Below, piece after piece: positions 53,701 to 63,550 of a DNA stretch of 64,000 bases. The stretch is from positions 21,344,108-21,408,107 of the forward strand of contig NC_068994.1 in NCBI RefSeq assembly GCF_001194135.2. Reading direction: 5' to 3'. This DNA is from Octopus bimaculoides. Taxonomy: Eukaryota. The position numbers were made by a program, and so were the translations under genes. A model generated the notes under the pieces. It was not told the DNA's origin and did no database searches. It was given only the letters and a program-made list of their open reading frames with translations. Numbering within the stretch: position 1 is the first letter of the stretch; every line of letters begins with the position of its first letter.

Positions 53701-55909
53701 CTCTTCCCCCAATGTCCTCTTTGACCATCTGAGTTTTTAAGTACTCTCTACACTTATACTCTTGTTCCTTCAACTCATTTCATGAGGTCTCAAGGATTAT
53801 TTGACCTCGCTAGTGTTAGTGCCATCAGAAAATGCACCCATTATACTCAGTAAAGTGGTTGATGATAGAAAGGGCATCCAAGTTGTGCTAAAACAAAGTT
53901 AATTGATACATACAAGCATCAGACTAGGGGAGAAGGACTTCTATAACAGATGACTAATACTGTGCCAATTCATGTAATACATACCAGTATGGAAAGTGGT
54001 CATAAAGTGATAATGTGATATGTTAATATATATATATATATATATATATTAATAGTAATGGTAAGACAACAAAAGAATGAATGAGACCTTGATATTATGT
54101 AAATAGAGGAATTTTTCTGTAATATAATATCTGACAATTATTCGGTTGCCATAATAAGACTCTGAGTTTTGGATGTTGGTGCAGAAAACTGCTCCGGCAT
54201 CTCATCAGTTATCGAGGCAATCAGAAAATGCCTTTTCTGATTGCCTCGATAACTNNNNNNNNNNNNNNNNNNNNNNNNNNNNNNNNNNNNNNNNNNNNNN
54301 NNNNNNNNNNNNNNNNNNNNNNNNNNNNNNNNNNNNNNNNNNNNNNNNNNNNNNNNNNNNNNNNNNNNNNNNNNNNNNNNNNNNNNNNNNNNNNNNNNNN
54401 NNNNNNNNNNNNNNNNNNNNNNNNNNNNNNNNNNNNNNNNNNNNNNNNNNNNNNNNNNNNNNNNNNNNNNNNNNNNNNNNNNNNNNNNNNNNNNNNNNNN
54501 NNNNNNNNNNNNNNNNNNNNNNNNNNNNNNNNNNNNNNNNNNNNTATATATATATATATATTTATAATTCTTTCCAATTGGTAAAGTAACTCTTTCTCTA
54601 TAGGACCTCCTCTTCCCATGCTTCTTCAATGCAAGCAAATAATGTGTTCCAAACAGAAGTAAGCTGTCTAAGATTCTCAGAAAGATACAGCTTGTTTATG
54701 GATATGGCACTAATGATAAGAGGAATGGGCACAGATGGATGAAAGAGTTTAAAGAAGAAAAAAAACGATGAAGACAAATCAAACAGTTGGAGCCCATCGA
54801 CTGTGATAACTGATTTGAAACTGCCAGTGACAGACAAGTTACAATGTGTTATCTTGTCGGCCAATTGGACTTTGGTGATGAAGCATAACAGAGGATGGCA
54901 GACGATTCTGGGTACTGGTATATGCATGCGAAGTGGATACCTTGGCAGTTGAAACTTGATTTGAAGGGGAGAATGATGGAAGTATGAAGACACATTTCTT
55001 TCCTATCGGGTAACAGTAGATGAAATGTGGGTACATCTTTCTGATCTGGAAACAAAGACACTGTCCATAGAATGACATCACACTTCCAAGGCCTAATAAG
55101 TTCTGAAGCCACAAATGGGCACAGAAATTAATGTTGATTGTAGTTTGGTATGAGAAAAGCATCATGCTCCTTGATTTTCTGGAATATAGTTATACCATGA
55201 ATAGTGAGTAGTATATTGAGACACTAAAAAAGTTTGAAGTAACCACATTAGAGAGAAAACCAAATAAGAATTTGAAAATGATTCCCGTTCACCATGATAA
55301 TGTGTAACCACATACATCCTTGGCAACAAATCAGGCAATCAGTAAATTAAGTATGTCAGTGGTTCCCTCATACACTCTACAACCCAGATTTAGTGTCCTC
55401 TCACTTCCACTTGCTCAGTTCAATGAAGGACAATATTCAGGGAGAATGATTTGATAACAAAGATAAGGTGAAATCCACAGTGAAGGAAGGGATACAATAG
55501 TGCACACCTGAATTTATTAAAACAGGATTCAAAAGATGGTTTCCGTAAATGGCACAAATGCATCACTTTTGATGGAAAGTACACTGAATAATAAGAGGAA
55601 GATTTACTCTAATCAACATATGCAATTTGGTTAATAAAAAACTTATGCCTACTTCAGCCGCATTACTTTCTGTACAACTCTCATACTTAAGTATCCATCA
55701 TCATCATCATCATTTTAATGTCAACTTTTCCATGTTTACATGGAGTATAAAGAATTGAGGCAGATTTCTACAGCTGGATGCCCTTTCTGTTGCCAACCTT
55801 CACCTGTTTTCAAGTGAGGTAATATTTCCTCATAGCCAGAATGTTTTCATAAAAGACATTGCTTGTTTGATGACATTGGTTACAACTATTACACAATGTC
55901 AATACAAGG

Positions 55910-55944
<35 letters not shown>

Positions 55945-58900
55945 TATAGACACACGCACACATGCATGAATACACACACACACACACATCAATAATACTG
56001 ACAGCAATAGAACAGGAAATACCATTGCTGTCTCATTTGCCAGCATTACAAGTTCACACACAATTCGTTTCAAAAGAAATGTTTCACACACAAAAATGAA
56101 CTTTGTAACATGACAACTATCTAAAAATTCTGCAACATAAGAATAATGTCATTAAAAACACTTAAATGGATCTAAAAGATTTTATCATCATACATGACAT
56201 TCACGTAGCACTAATTCAACAAGCATACACAGATATGGCTATAGGGACGGACATGGTTACAAAGTTAATTTTGCAACTACAGTGTGGCATTGTAGGTATG
56301 TTTCTTCAACCTTGTGAATGAAATTGGTACCCAGAAACTGAAGAAGCACATCATATATATGTGCATGGAAAAATGGATGTAAAAATAGAAGGAAAAGTCT
56401 TACTTCCAGAGAACATACTCACCATTTCAAATTCTATTTAAGTCAGACAAGACAAACCCTTACAAAATGAGAGTGGCCTTATTGCACAAAAATTTACATT
56501 CACTATGTAGATATCACAAATGATATTCATAAATAGGAAATGATATACAATACAGGCATTCAAAATAGAAACTATTAATATGAATACGTTAAGACTAGCA
56601 ATATGAATACATTGAAATAATATGCATACACACACATACACATATCTTACAGTCATTCACAGATAGACCTTATCTACAACACTTCAATATACTCAAAAAT
56701 ACTACCACTAGGGGAGATGTCAATGCACTTAATACTTCCTGGTTTTCCAATTGTAGAGATAACAAAAGAAGTAACAATTAAATTTCCTTCATATCCTAAA
56801 AAGTGCACAACCAATGCATGTGCATAAATCTACCAACTCAGCTATAACTCTTCTCCATATTCCTATCCATCACAACCACTTAACAAACAATTCCCCAAGT
56901 TTTTTAGAGACAGCCTATTAAATATCATCACAATACACTCACACATCCATGAAGAAAGCAAAAACACTTAGTTTCAAGAAAGTACAGTGGAATTCTACAA
57001 AACATTCAACAAAACAAAATCTAGATTTTCAAATTTCAACAATACCACAATTACCAACATAGACATGACAATGTATTTAACTAAATAATAAAAGACAAAT
57101 TAAAAACCATATCCCAGTAAGACAACATATAAAAATATGCCAATTTGACACCAAAAATGACCAACCTCATACATGAAAACAATACACAACTGAATAAATT
57201 CAACATCAAACAGCGCTAAGCAAGGAAATAAGAAATTAATCTGTAGGAAGGCAGAAAACTGGCATATTTTTGTATCTAAGACAAAACCATAAAACTAAGA
57301 ACAAAATACCATACAGAATAATTATCAACAACAACCATTATCATACCACACCCCATGTCATAACAATAATCTCAATATACTCATCCTGAAACACTTAACA
57401 AACACCATTTTCAGACATTTCTTGAACATTAGCCACCAAAAACAGACACCAAAAGAAGGTTAAATCACAATATGAAAAATATGCATGTTACACCTACATG
57501 ATTATTTTGACCTCTCTCTGCATACACACACACAAAGTAGTAGAGAAATTTCAAAACTGAAAAGTTTCAGGATTAGACAAAATCACAAATCTATACTTCA
57601 AGTGCCGAGAGCCTGAAAGAATCACTGCATTTACCAAGACTTACAACTCCTCATATCATGAGCTAACAAAGGAGCTCCTCATAGTTGCTCAACATACTAA
57701 AAATAGAAGCAATTTCTTCCTCAGATCAAACCTCACCATCTTAGAAATGGACACATTTCTAAGATTGTTGCCTGTACATAGGCAAAAGATGGGATGGTCA
57801 CAGATTGAATGTCTTTGATCATGGATTCGCTCAATCAAGGCTGACCTGGAGTTAAACAGCAACTACAACTGATACTAACTGAATCTAGAAGGGCAATATT
57901 GTAACAAATCTAAAGCCTAGTTCTTCATCCAAGAGAAGTACCATCATGCAGGACCATCATCCTCCTGTACAAACACTCAAAAATTCTAGAAAGACTGACC
58001 TAACAGATTCAGATCACTATAGTCAACCACTACACTACTCACAAACCTTGTATAGAAATACCTGATGGTTTCAACAATAAAAAATACTACCTACACATAT
58101 CATTCTAACAACTATTAACATCAGCAAAGCTTTCAACTCTATTCTTTGTTATCCACTCATACAAATATATCTATCACCACCTTAAGGAATAACAAAATGC
58201 TGGCTAACAAACTACCTGCCATGTCACCAAACCTATGCAGTGGACAAGAACAATACTTCCAAAACTTGCAATTTCCCAAATAGGGTAAGACAGAGACCTG
58301 TCCTCACATCTACTTATTTTTAACCTATACATACACAACTGCCCCACATCTCCACAAAACACACGGACAACCGCATACAGAGATGACAGCAGACTCACTT
58401 TCTCCTACCATTCTCCAGACACTGCTGCGGAACTATGCCAACTCTACTTAAATCACCTTGAAACCTGGCTCCACAAGATGTAATATAGCATCTACCACTA
58501 TCTCCTTTCATATTAACATGAGAAAACATCAAATATAATCAACCATCATACTTGACAAGATAAAGAGATCCTCTACAATATTTACAACTGGAAAAGAAGG
58601 CACTGTAAAGAAAGCAAAATGACTTCTACAAAGAACAAAAAAAAGTGCAATTCACATCATAAAAAGTTGATCAACAAAACAAAAATACTAAAAATGAAAG
58701 ACCACCAGATAATGCGAAGAGTATAGTTTGTTGCAGTAGCAAGCTTTAAGTCTCTGCTACAGTCTCTGTCATTATTAAAAAAAAAAAAACACAACTTCAA
58801 ACACTCAGATTATACATTACTTCAAGGTACTACTACAATATTTTATGAACATATCTCTCCTATTCTGTGTTGACAAGCATAAAGAATACACACAAAGAAA

Positions 58901-59563
58901 TAAGGGCAATACAAATAGCCTCACTGGCCCCAAGGACTTCTGGAATGCCATCAACAACCATAAATGCAGAGGAACAGTAACTACCACACTCTATTTCACT
59001 TTGCCTGCCTCTACTTTAGCCAGTCCCAGAATCATGGAGTATAGTGGGAAGAGTATAATATGCACAGGATATCATGCTGCACCCCATACAATTCATCACT
59101 GAATGTCAGTTTGCAGTTCAGTCCTCAACTGGCAGATATACAATCTAACTGGGAAGATAGATGCTTGAGTTGTACCTTGTCATTTGGATGACTTTCTGCA
59201 TGCTATTAGTACTGCTTGATTAGGACTAACCAAGGTACATAACAACAACAATATATAGCCTCAAACCAATATCACCAACATCACTAATACAATTACCACC
59301 CATATGAATAATATAATATTGTTGACTTTAGCTCTTAAATTCTAGAGTAAATAACGTGCTGTGCTGTGAGAAAGTTGGCAAATTTGCTTAGAAATTTCTA
59401 AAAATGGTAATATGGTGTAAAATGATACTTAAAGGAGAAACAGGACAAACATAATAGCCTCACCTTTGTAGTGCTCATGAGACTCAGTGTTACTCCTCAT
59501 TAAATCCAACAGCCGGCTCTCTAAACCTGTGAAGCGCATGCTGTCAAAATTATTTCCTCGGTC
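24977..59563 (-). CDS. CPEB2/3/4 (orb2): CPEB2/3/4-subfamily cytoplasmic polyadenylation element-binding protein, 5'-partial. join of 59464-59563, 50713-50736 (optional), 34657-34839, 33539-33628, 32417-32535, 31648-31762, 29227-29408, 24977-25204
   Basis: The spliced product reads ...ERFSRKVFVGGLPPDIDEEEITSAFRRFGPLVVDWPHKAESKSYFPPKGYCFLLF...VQIRPWNLSDSDFVMDGSQPLDPRKTIFVGGVPRPLRALELALIMDRLYGGVCYAGIDTDPELKYPKGAGRVAF...CDECQGARCGGKFAPFFCANVTCLQYYCENCWATIH...FRWC*. This is the diagnostic near-invariant RRM1-RRM2-ZZ region of CPEB2-4/Orb2, not CPEB1/Orb. All introns are GT-AG with matching phases. 1041 nt with the microexon, 1017 nt without. Confidence 0.97.
26140..26335 (+). mobile_element. SINE/RTE-type 3' tail
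   Basis: gagtggttggcattaggaagggcatctagccatagaaaccatgcc...gtcgaaccgtccaacc; the same motif occurs at 31345-31470. Confidence 0.75.
26337..26902 (-). mobile_element. RTE-clade LINE, APE endonuclease fragment
   Basis: AYAP...KDWFYDTL...VAGDFNRHV...HGGYRFGSHNEEGTRLLEFCDANDLMICNTNF...SQIDCIL...HRLVV are catalytic APE motifs of RTE/BovB-type elements. Confidence 0.92.
27190..27490 (-). mobile_element. tRNA-derived SINE (family with gtgttcttgagcaa central domain)
   Basis: ttttgctcaagaacacaac...catgatcccatgatcgtgaatgcaacatcgtaaccaccaggccatg is the reverse complement of the family seen at 63111. Confidence 0.6.
27687..28247 (+). mobile_element. pogo/Tigger-like non-autonomous DNA transposon remnant
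   Basis: Left end (TA)CAGTAATACCT; right end reverse complement CAGTAACACCT. Internal peptide YQKIYRERKKASKQATLDLFFKK resembles Tigger transposase C-termini. The right-hand TA is not preserved. Confidence 0.6.
29227..29408 (-). CDS. CPEB2/3/4 (orb2): CPEB exon, 182 nt, phase 1-0: LELALIMDRLYGGVCYAGIDTDPELKYPKGAGRVAFSNQQSYIAAISARFVQLQHADIDKR
   Basis: Acceptor gctctttttcag|TG; donor AGG|gtgagt. Encodes RRM2. Confidence 0.97.
29754..29850. repeat. AT-rich fold-back element; related copy at 32050-32125
   Basis: 29767-29786 is the exact reverse complement of 29831-29850, and 29791-29802 of 29818-29829; 15-nt loop. Confidence 0.85.
30650..31625 (-). mobile_element. Young tRNA-derived SINE (head 31625-31508, tail 30888-30650), interrupted by an opposite-strand tail element (31321-31507) and a gap
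   Basis: Head gagtggctgtgtggtaagtagcttgcttaccaaccacatggttccgggttcagtccc has A/B-box-like motifs. Tail tgtgtctgtgtttgtccc...aagtactaggcttacaaagaataag...ggtgctccagcatggcc. An intact relative lies at 40421-40806. Confidence 0.85.
31648..31762 (-). CDS. CPEB2/3/4 (orb2): CPEB exon, 115 nt, phase 0-1: VQIRPWNLSDSDFVMDGSQPLDPRKTIFVGGVPRPLRA
   Basis: Acceptor ttttttag|GTC; donor GCAT|gtaagt. Contains RRM2 RNP2. Confidence 0.97.
32417..32535 (-). CDS. CPEB2/3/4 (orb2): CPEB exon, 119 nt, phase 1-0: GYCFLLFQDEMSVQSLIEACITDDDKLYWCVSSPTMKDKP
   Basis: Acceptor ctttctttgttag|GC; donor CCT|gtaagt. Contains RRM1 RNP1. Confidence 0.96.
33539..33628 (-). CDS. CPEB2/3/4 (orb2): CPEB exon, 90 nt, phase 1-1: EEITSAFRRFGPLVVDWPHKAESKSYFPPK
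   Basis: Not in the ORF track; read manually. Acceptor tttttgtttcag|AG; donor AAAG|gtaagc. Confidence 0.96.
34090..34440 (-). mobile_element. tRNA-derived SINE
   Basis: gtgtcttgctcaagga...ggaattgaactcatgacc...accctaaccactaagccac is a reverse-complemented tRNA-like head plus central domain. Confidence 0.7.
34657..34839 (-). CDS. CPEB2/3/4 (orb2): CPEB exon, 183 nt, phase 1-1: linker plus start of RRM1 (GKSPFGFNED...ERFSRKVFVGGLPPDIDE)
   Basis: Acceptor ctctttatttcag|GA; donor GAAG|gttcaa (weak). Contains the RNP2 motif VFVGGL. Confidence 0.93.
34945..35690 (-). mobile_element. RTE-clade LINE, decayed region downstream of the RT
   Basis: VDSFCYQGNQISSGGRSSESVVVRIRTGWTKFRELL...MLHSCETW...LERNEASML. 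Confidence 0.85.
38240..39560 (-). mobile_element. RTE/BovB-type LINE reverse transcriptase fragment
   Basis: PILQEEVEEAVHMLKVGKSPGVDNIPSEFLK and FFRTTVGVKQGCILSPVLFNIFLE; frameshifted. Confidence 0.9.
40421..40806 (-). mobile_element. Near full-length tRNA-derived SINE
   Basis: Head ggcatagctgtgtggtaagaagtttgcttcccaaccacatggatccaggttcagtcac, then microsatellite and 3' tail; collinear with 30650-31625. Confidence 0.85.
41104..41520 (+). mobile_element. RTE-clade LINE 3' fragment
   Basis: ggcaaagttcagagagcta...agagtgaaaggcagattgtatgatacctgtgtac is homologous to 43780-44150 and, inverted, to 35000-35450. Confidence 0.75.
42420..44600 (+). mobile_element. RTE-clade LINE, long decayed ORF2 plus 3' UTR
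   Basis: Collinear remnants: gatgcagtttggttttgtgccagga (MQFGFVPG), VGVHQGSVISPFLFIIV, LLYADEL, GSETWA, then a pyrimidine-rich 3' UTR and ggttgacattagaaagggc tail. Confidence 0.88.
44648..44707. repeat. (GA)n microsatellite
   Basis: Directly visible. Confidence 0.98.
45560..46140 (-). mobile_element. Two full and one partial tandem copies of the ~200-bp SINE
   Basis: ggcacaa(t/g)g starts at about 45581, 45796 and 46086; gaccctgaaaggatgaaaagcaaagtcgac at about 45890. Confidence 0.7.
46640..46950. repeat. Degenerate (GCA/GTA/ACA)n trinucleotide repeat
   Basis: agcagcaacaacagg...gtagtagcaacagtagtagcaac...; explains the low-complexity ORFs on both strands. Confidence 0.85.
50713..50736 (-). CDS. 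CPEB2/3/4 (orb2): 24-nt CPEB microexon, phase 1-1: (A)RAYGRRR(G)
   Basis: Minus strand reads tttctacttggcttactgcag|CACGTGCTTACGGACGAAGAAGAG|gtattt. Frame-preserving between the 59464 and 34839 exon ends. 7/8 identical to vertebrate CPEB4 microexon ARTYGRRR (recalled). Confidence 0.88.
52130..54010 (+). mobile_element. RTE-clade LINE, heavily decayed, with 3' UTR and tail
   Basis: ggaaattatagaggtatcaagttgttagac (NYRGIKLL) and 3' tail cagtaaagtggttgatgatagaaagggcatcc; same architecture as 42420-44600. Confidence 0.65.
54590..55170 (-). mobile_element. Possible Tc1/mariner transposase remnant
   Basis: LYLSENLRQLTSVWNTLFACIEEAWEE resembles Tc1 C-terminal helices. No intact DDE triad seen. Confidence 0.35.
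56700..59100 (+). mobile_element. AC-rich decayed non-LTR retrotransposon ORF2; clade not assigned
   Basis: Near 58310-58480: (LF)NLYIHNCPTSPQNTRTTAYRDDSRL...QLYLNHLETWL, a degenerate RT YADD region. Confidence 0.6.
59464..59563 (-). CDS. CPEB2/3/4 (orb2): CPEB exon equivalent to vertebrate exon 2, 100 nt, phase 0-1: DRGNNFDSMRFTGLESRLLDLMRSNTESHEHYK-G
   Basis: Acceptor ctttactttcag|GAC; donor AAAG|gtgagg. The peptide resembles the vertebrate CPEB2-4 segment DRSR..DSLNMHSLENSLIDIMRAE (recalled). Confidence 0.85.
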
Positions 59564-59965
59564 CTGAAAGTAAAGTTTATTGAAATTTAACTTCTCTGTG
59601 ATATGTGTACTGGGATTCACAAATATAGTCTTTATTTAAATAGCAGTATACATTCAAACAACTATCAAGGAACATCATTTCTTAACCAAGCTACAATATC
59701 ATGACAGTATCAAGTCTTTCCATTTGGGATGATCTACAGCCCAAACCTACCAAACATTTCTATCATAAAAGTAAAATATGAGCCAGTAAGACAGCCTCAA
59801 CTTAGAAGCTGTATGCGTTAAAAAAGACAAAAGCAACTGAACACCTTTGATCATAGGTTTATTGCACCAAAGCTGATAGATGCATCTTTTTGTCCTATCA
59901 TTTCTTCAGAATAAACACAGTGACCATGTAGCAGTTTTCCACTTCTCCACTTAGTTCTTTTTAAT

Positions 59966-60660
59966 ACCACTAAAGTCTGCATGGTTCTTTTTGAGCTGCA
60001 GGGATAGGGTAGCAGAGGGCAAACAAGACATTTTCAGCATCCAGTAACTGATTCTCTGTCTGTCGGCTCACTCTAAATTGACTTGTCATAGGTTTATGAT
60101 ACCTGTGGAGTATCTTCTTCTCCCATTATAATTATTTTTGTAGTTTCAAGGATCTGGAACACAAAGAAGTTCACAAGCGGAGTACAGTTCAATAGCCGTT
60201 TATTTTACAGAGTCCTCATTCATGTGGTTCGCTCTCAGAGACCAGCTTTATGGCAGCGCATGGTTTGTTATAGCTCCGTACACATGACGTTCATTACCTC
60301 TGGAGATAAGCATGTGAAGTTAGAGTGGAACAAGGATCCACTGTGACTGCTGGCTTCACAGTGTTTCCCAGCATAAGTGTGAGAAGGAATGAGAGGAAGA
60401 ATGTCTTATTCTCCTGCTTAAATACTGGTTGCTGGCAAGAGCCTCGTTGTCATCTCACGCATAGCAAATGGTTGCAGGTGAGATCTTGTTCTTGTCTCGG
60501 ACATGGTAATAGTGCTGGCTTCTAGTGCCTCGCTTCACCACTAAAGTCTGCATGGTTCTTTTTGAGCTGCAGTGATAGGTAGCAGAGGGCAAACAAGACA
60601 TTTTCAGTGTCCAGTAACTGATTCTCTGTCCATTGGCTCGCTCTAAGTTGACTAGTCATA
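59966..60660. repeat. Direct repeat pair: 59966-60090 and 60537-60660
   Basis: 125 and 124 bp with 10 differences by manual alignment (about 92% identity), 571 bp apart. Confidence 0.92.
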
Positions 60661-60699
60661 TCACAAATTTATCATCTCCATAACCAACTCTTCTGAATA

Positions 60700-61910
60700 A
60701 GCCTTTGGGTTAAACAGAAAGAGGCATAAGCTGTACAGCTGAACTCAATCAGGGTAAGCAAGTGCAAGACCAGATATTCTGGTCTTGCTGATGGCTACCA
60801 CATCTAGATACAATGACTGAAATCATTGAGCTGGTGTTTTTGTTTATACACCAACCCTAAGCCACAGGAATTTATACAAACCATTTAATGTTAAGAGAAG
60901 ACACCCACCTCAACCAAAAAAAAAAAGTGGAAAGAGTCATTTTGGTCTAAAGGTAATTTTTTTTTCAAGATGGTCCTTCCCACACCCTCTTGATCAAGAT
61001 ACTGAGAAGCTCTCATATCACCTAGTAAAAGTCTTCCCCTTGGATGGGGCACTACTAATGTGCTTCTTAACAGAAGTGACTTTTTGTGTATTCAGGGTGG
61101 AAAATGCATCAATGCCTTCAGCTGTAGTAAATATTTTGTCCTTGTTTGTATATACAAATTTCAACTTCTTGCAGCCCTTTTTAGAGTTTGTCAGTGCAAA
61201 GTTGCTATTTCTACTTTTAATACTGCTGCTTGTCGTGTCTCTTGTTGTTGTGCTTGTAGCTCCTTTTCTGCTGTTGTTGTGGATCTTTTTGTCATGGTTT
61301 CTGTGGATAGTTTGTATGTTTGCCCATGCTCCTTTTGGAATTCATTGGTATTGGTGATGGCTGGTGCCTTTGAGTTTGTAGAGTCAGATTACTTGTTTTC
61401 ACCTGCCTCTCTCATCTCTCTTCTTTGTAGATTGATCTCTGCCATTTTTTGGTATCTCTCTTGCTCTCATTCAAGCAACAAATGGCCATTGACGCTATGA
61501 CTGCATTTTCTTGCTGAATGGGAGACTTCATTATGAGCTCCATTGTGTTTATCTGCAGTAGAAGTTGTTTTTGTAACTGTAAGTGTGACTGCCACTGCTG
61601 TTGTGATTGCAGCAGTTGGATATTCAACAGCAGTAGTGAAGAATGGCTCTCCTCTGCTCCACTGTGAAGCAGAAAGCTCTGAGGCAGTCAGTTTTACTGT
61701 AAATGTAACATATCAGTTTCTTGCCCTAGATGATCACTTGTTTCAGTTCACACACTTCAAAGCAGAAGTATCACTTATTCCAGAAAGACCCTCAAGTGCA
61801 ACTAACACATGGAACTCTACTGAAAAGCAGGATTGAGTCCTATGATTATCCTGTTTACCCACCGTTGTCATCATTCTAGTCTGAACCTTGTAGAGTGGCA
61901 CATTGGTTAC
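60700..61910 (-). mobile_element. Possible decayed LINE ORF1 (gag-like)
   Basis: ALKCVN*NK*SSRARN*YVTF resembles a mutated CCHC knuckle (KCVNC..H...R.C); stops in all frames. Confidence 0.35.
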
Positions 61911-63001
61911 CTGTATTGTCATCAATATGTTAAATGAAATCAATATTTTGCCTTGCTATAAACATAAAACTGGTGAAAGCAAAGAAAATAATCCAAAGCT
62001 TTCCCAATTCAAAGAACCACAATTTACACATTTGTGCATAACAGAAAGAAACTTGAAATGAAAACTTCTATGTAATTTTGATATAATAGATATACTGTAA
62101 AATTTCTCATGAATATTTCCAGTGTCTCAAAGAATTAAGAATTTTTAATTAAAAACAATTAAATGAGAGGCACAAGAGAGTATTAAGTGAAATAACAAGA
62201 GAAAGGGATGTTGAAAAATTAAAGTGATGAGGATAAGAGTGAGAGAGAAAATGTTATAAGGATAGAGAAAGTGAAAAACTAATTGGAATAGAGGTAATAG
62301 ATAAAGGAGAGAGAGATAGACAGACAGGAGAAAGATATTTGAAAAATTATCTCACAGTGTATTAAAAAATGCTATCATGAAGTGAAATAAAATTAGTTTT
62401 CTGATAGAATTGTGCAGTTAAAATCTTCAATAATAAAAATTCCTGTAAATCACATTTTGATAAAAATATATTAAAGTTGAAATTTAAAAAAATTTTCTAA
62501 ATGATGTAGACTTTAATAATTGCTACTTTTAGTAAAAGTTACATACTCATAGCTAATTAATAATTATCTTTTTCCAATGTGCAATAAATCTACTTACCAC
62601 AGGAAGATACTCCACATGACTTGCGTCAGTCCAAAGCACCACATTGTCTGACACCATCTCTCTAGGAATGTTCTGCCAGAAAAAGGAAATCAGTGAAAGG
62701 AAGTAACAAAACAGGCCAAAAGAGGTGAACAGTGTAGACATTGGGTACTTTTGATAAACAGAAGTAATCATAAAGATCATTAGAATTAAAAGATGTAGAA
62801 AGGTAAAGAATAAGGTAGAAAGACATGAAAAGACGAAAAAATATACAAAAATAGTACAGATAAGTAAAAGTTATAGCTAAATTCAGTTATAGCTAAACAG
62901 AGTTTTATAGAAAGATAAACAGATAGACATGAATAGGGATAGATCCAAGCAGAAATAGCAATGAACAGACACACATATATATATATATATTTATTTATTT
63001 T

Positions 63002-63033
<32 letters not shown>

Positions 63034-63061
63034 TACACACACACACACACACTTATATATA

Positions 63062-63110
<49 letters not shown>

Positions 63111-63445
63111 GTGAAGGTGCATGGCTCAGTGGCTAGAGCACTGAGCTTATGATTGTGAGGTTGTGAGTTCTATTCCTGGACTGGGCTGCTTGTTGTGTTC
63201 TTGAGCAAGACACTTTATTTCACGTTGTTCCAGTTAACTCAGCTGTAGAAATGAGTTGTGACATCACTGGTGCCAAGCTGTATCGGCCTTTGCCTTTCTC
63301 TTGGATAACATCAGTGGTGTAGAGAGGGGAGGCTGGCATGCATGGGCAACTGCTGGCCTTCCACAAACAACCTTGCCTGGACTTGTGCCTTGGAGGGTAA
63401 CTTTCTAGGTGCAATCCCATGGTCATTCATGACCGAAGGGGTCTC
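63111..63445 (+). mobile_element. tRNA-derived SINE, full length
   Basis: A box tggctcagtgg, B-box-like gagttctattcc, central gtgttcttgagcaagacactttatttcacg domain; flanked by (TA)n on both sides. Confidence 0.85.
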
Positions 63446-63514
63446 CTCCTCCTCCCTCCCCCCTCTCTCTCTATATATACACAAACACATATTCATATAT
63501 ATATATACATACAT

Positions 63515-63550
<36 letters not shown>

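Noticed and set aside
4885-54638. Long ORFs containing X runs or YI/HT/CV repeats (at gaps 5088-5580, 8622-8704, 9782-9981, 12449-12849, 20635-21380, 30889-31320, 37265-37951, 48702-48829, 54255-54544)
   Set aside because: Artefacts of N gaps and dinucleotide microsatellites.
56023-56129. AG/GT-bounded 107-nt open segment as a B-exon candidate
   Set aside because: It would start in phase 1 and end in phase 0, shifting the frame.
61412-61627. Gln-rich minus-strand ORF (IQLLQSQQQWQSHLQLQKQ) as the missing N-terminal exon
   Set aside because: The ORF ends in TGA just before the nearest donor. Surrounding frames have many stops and a decayed zinc-knuckle pattern suggesting LINE ORF1.
61911-61955. 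45-nt phase 0-0 cassette candidate QGKILISFNILMTIQ (tttatag|...CAG|gtaacc)
   Set aside because: Splice signals are plausible, but there is no recognisable homology and it borders the TE-like segment. AG/GT pairs of this quality are expected by chance.
63111-63190. tRNA genes at SINE heads (also 31625-31560, 40806-40740, 51280-51360)
   Set aside because: A/B-box-like motifs continue into SINE bodies, and no complete cloverleaf is evident.
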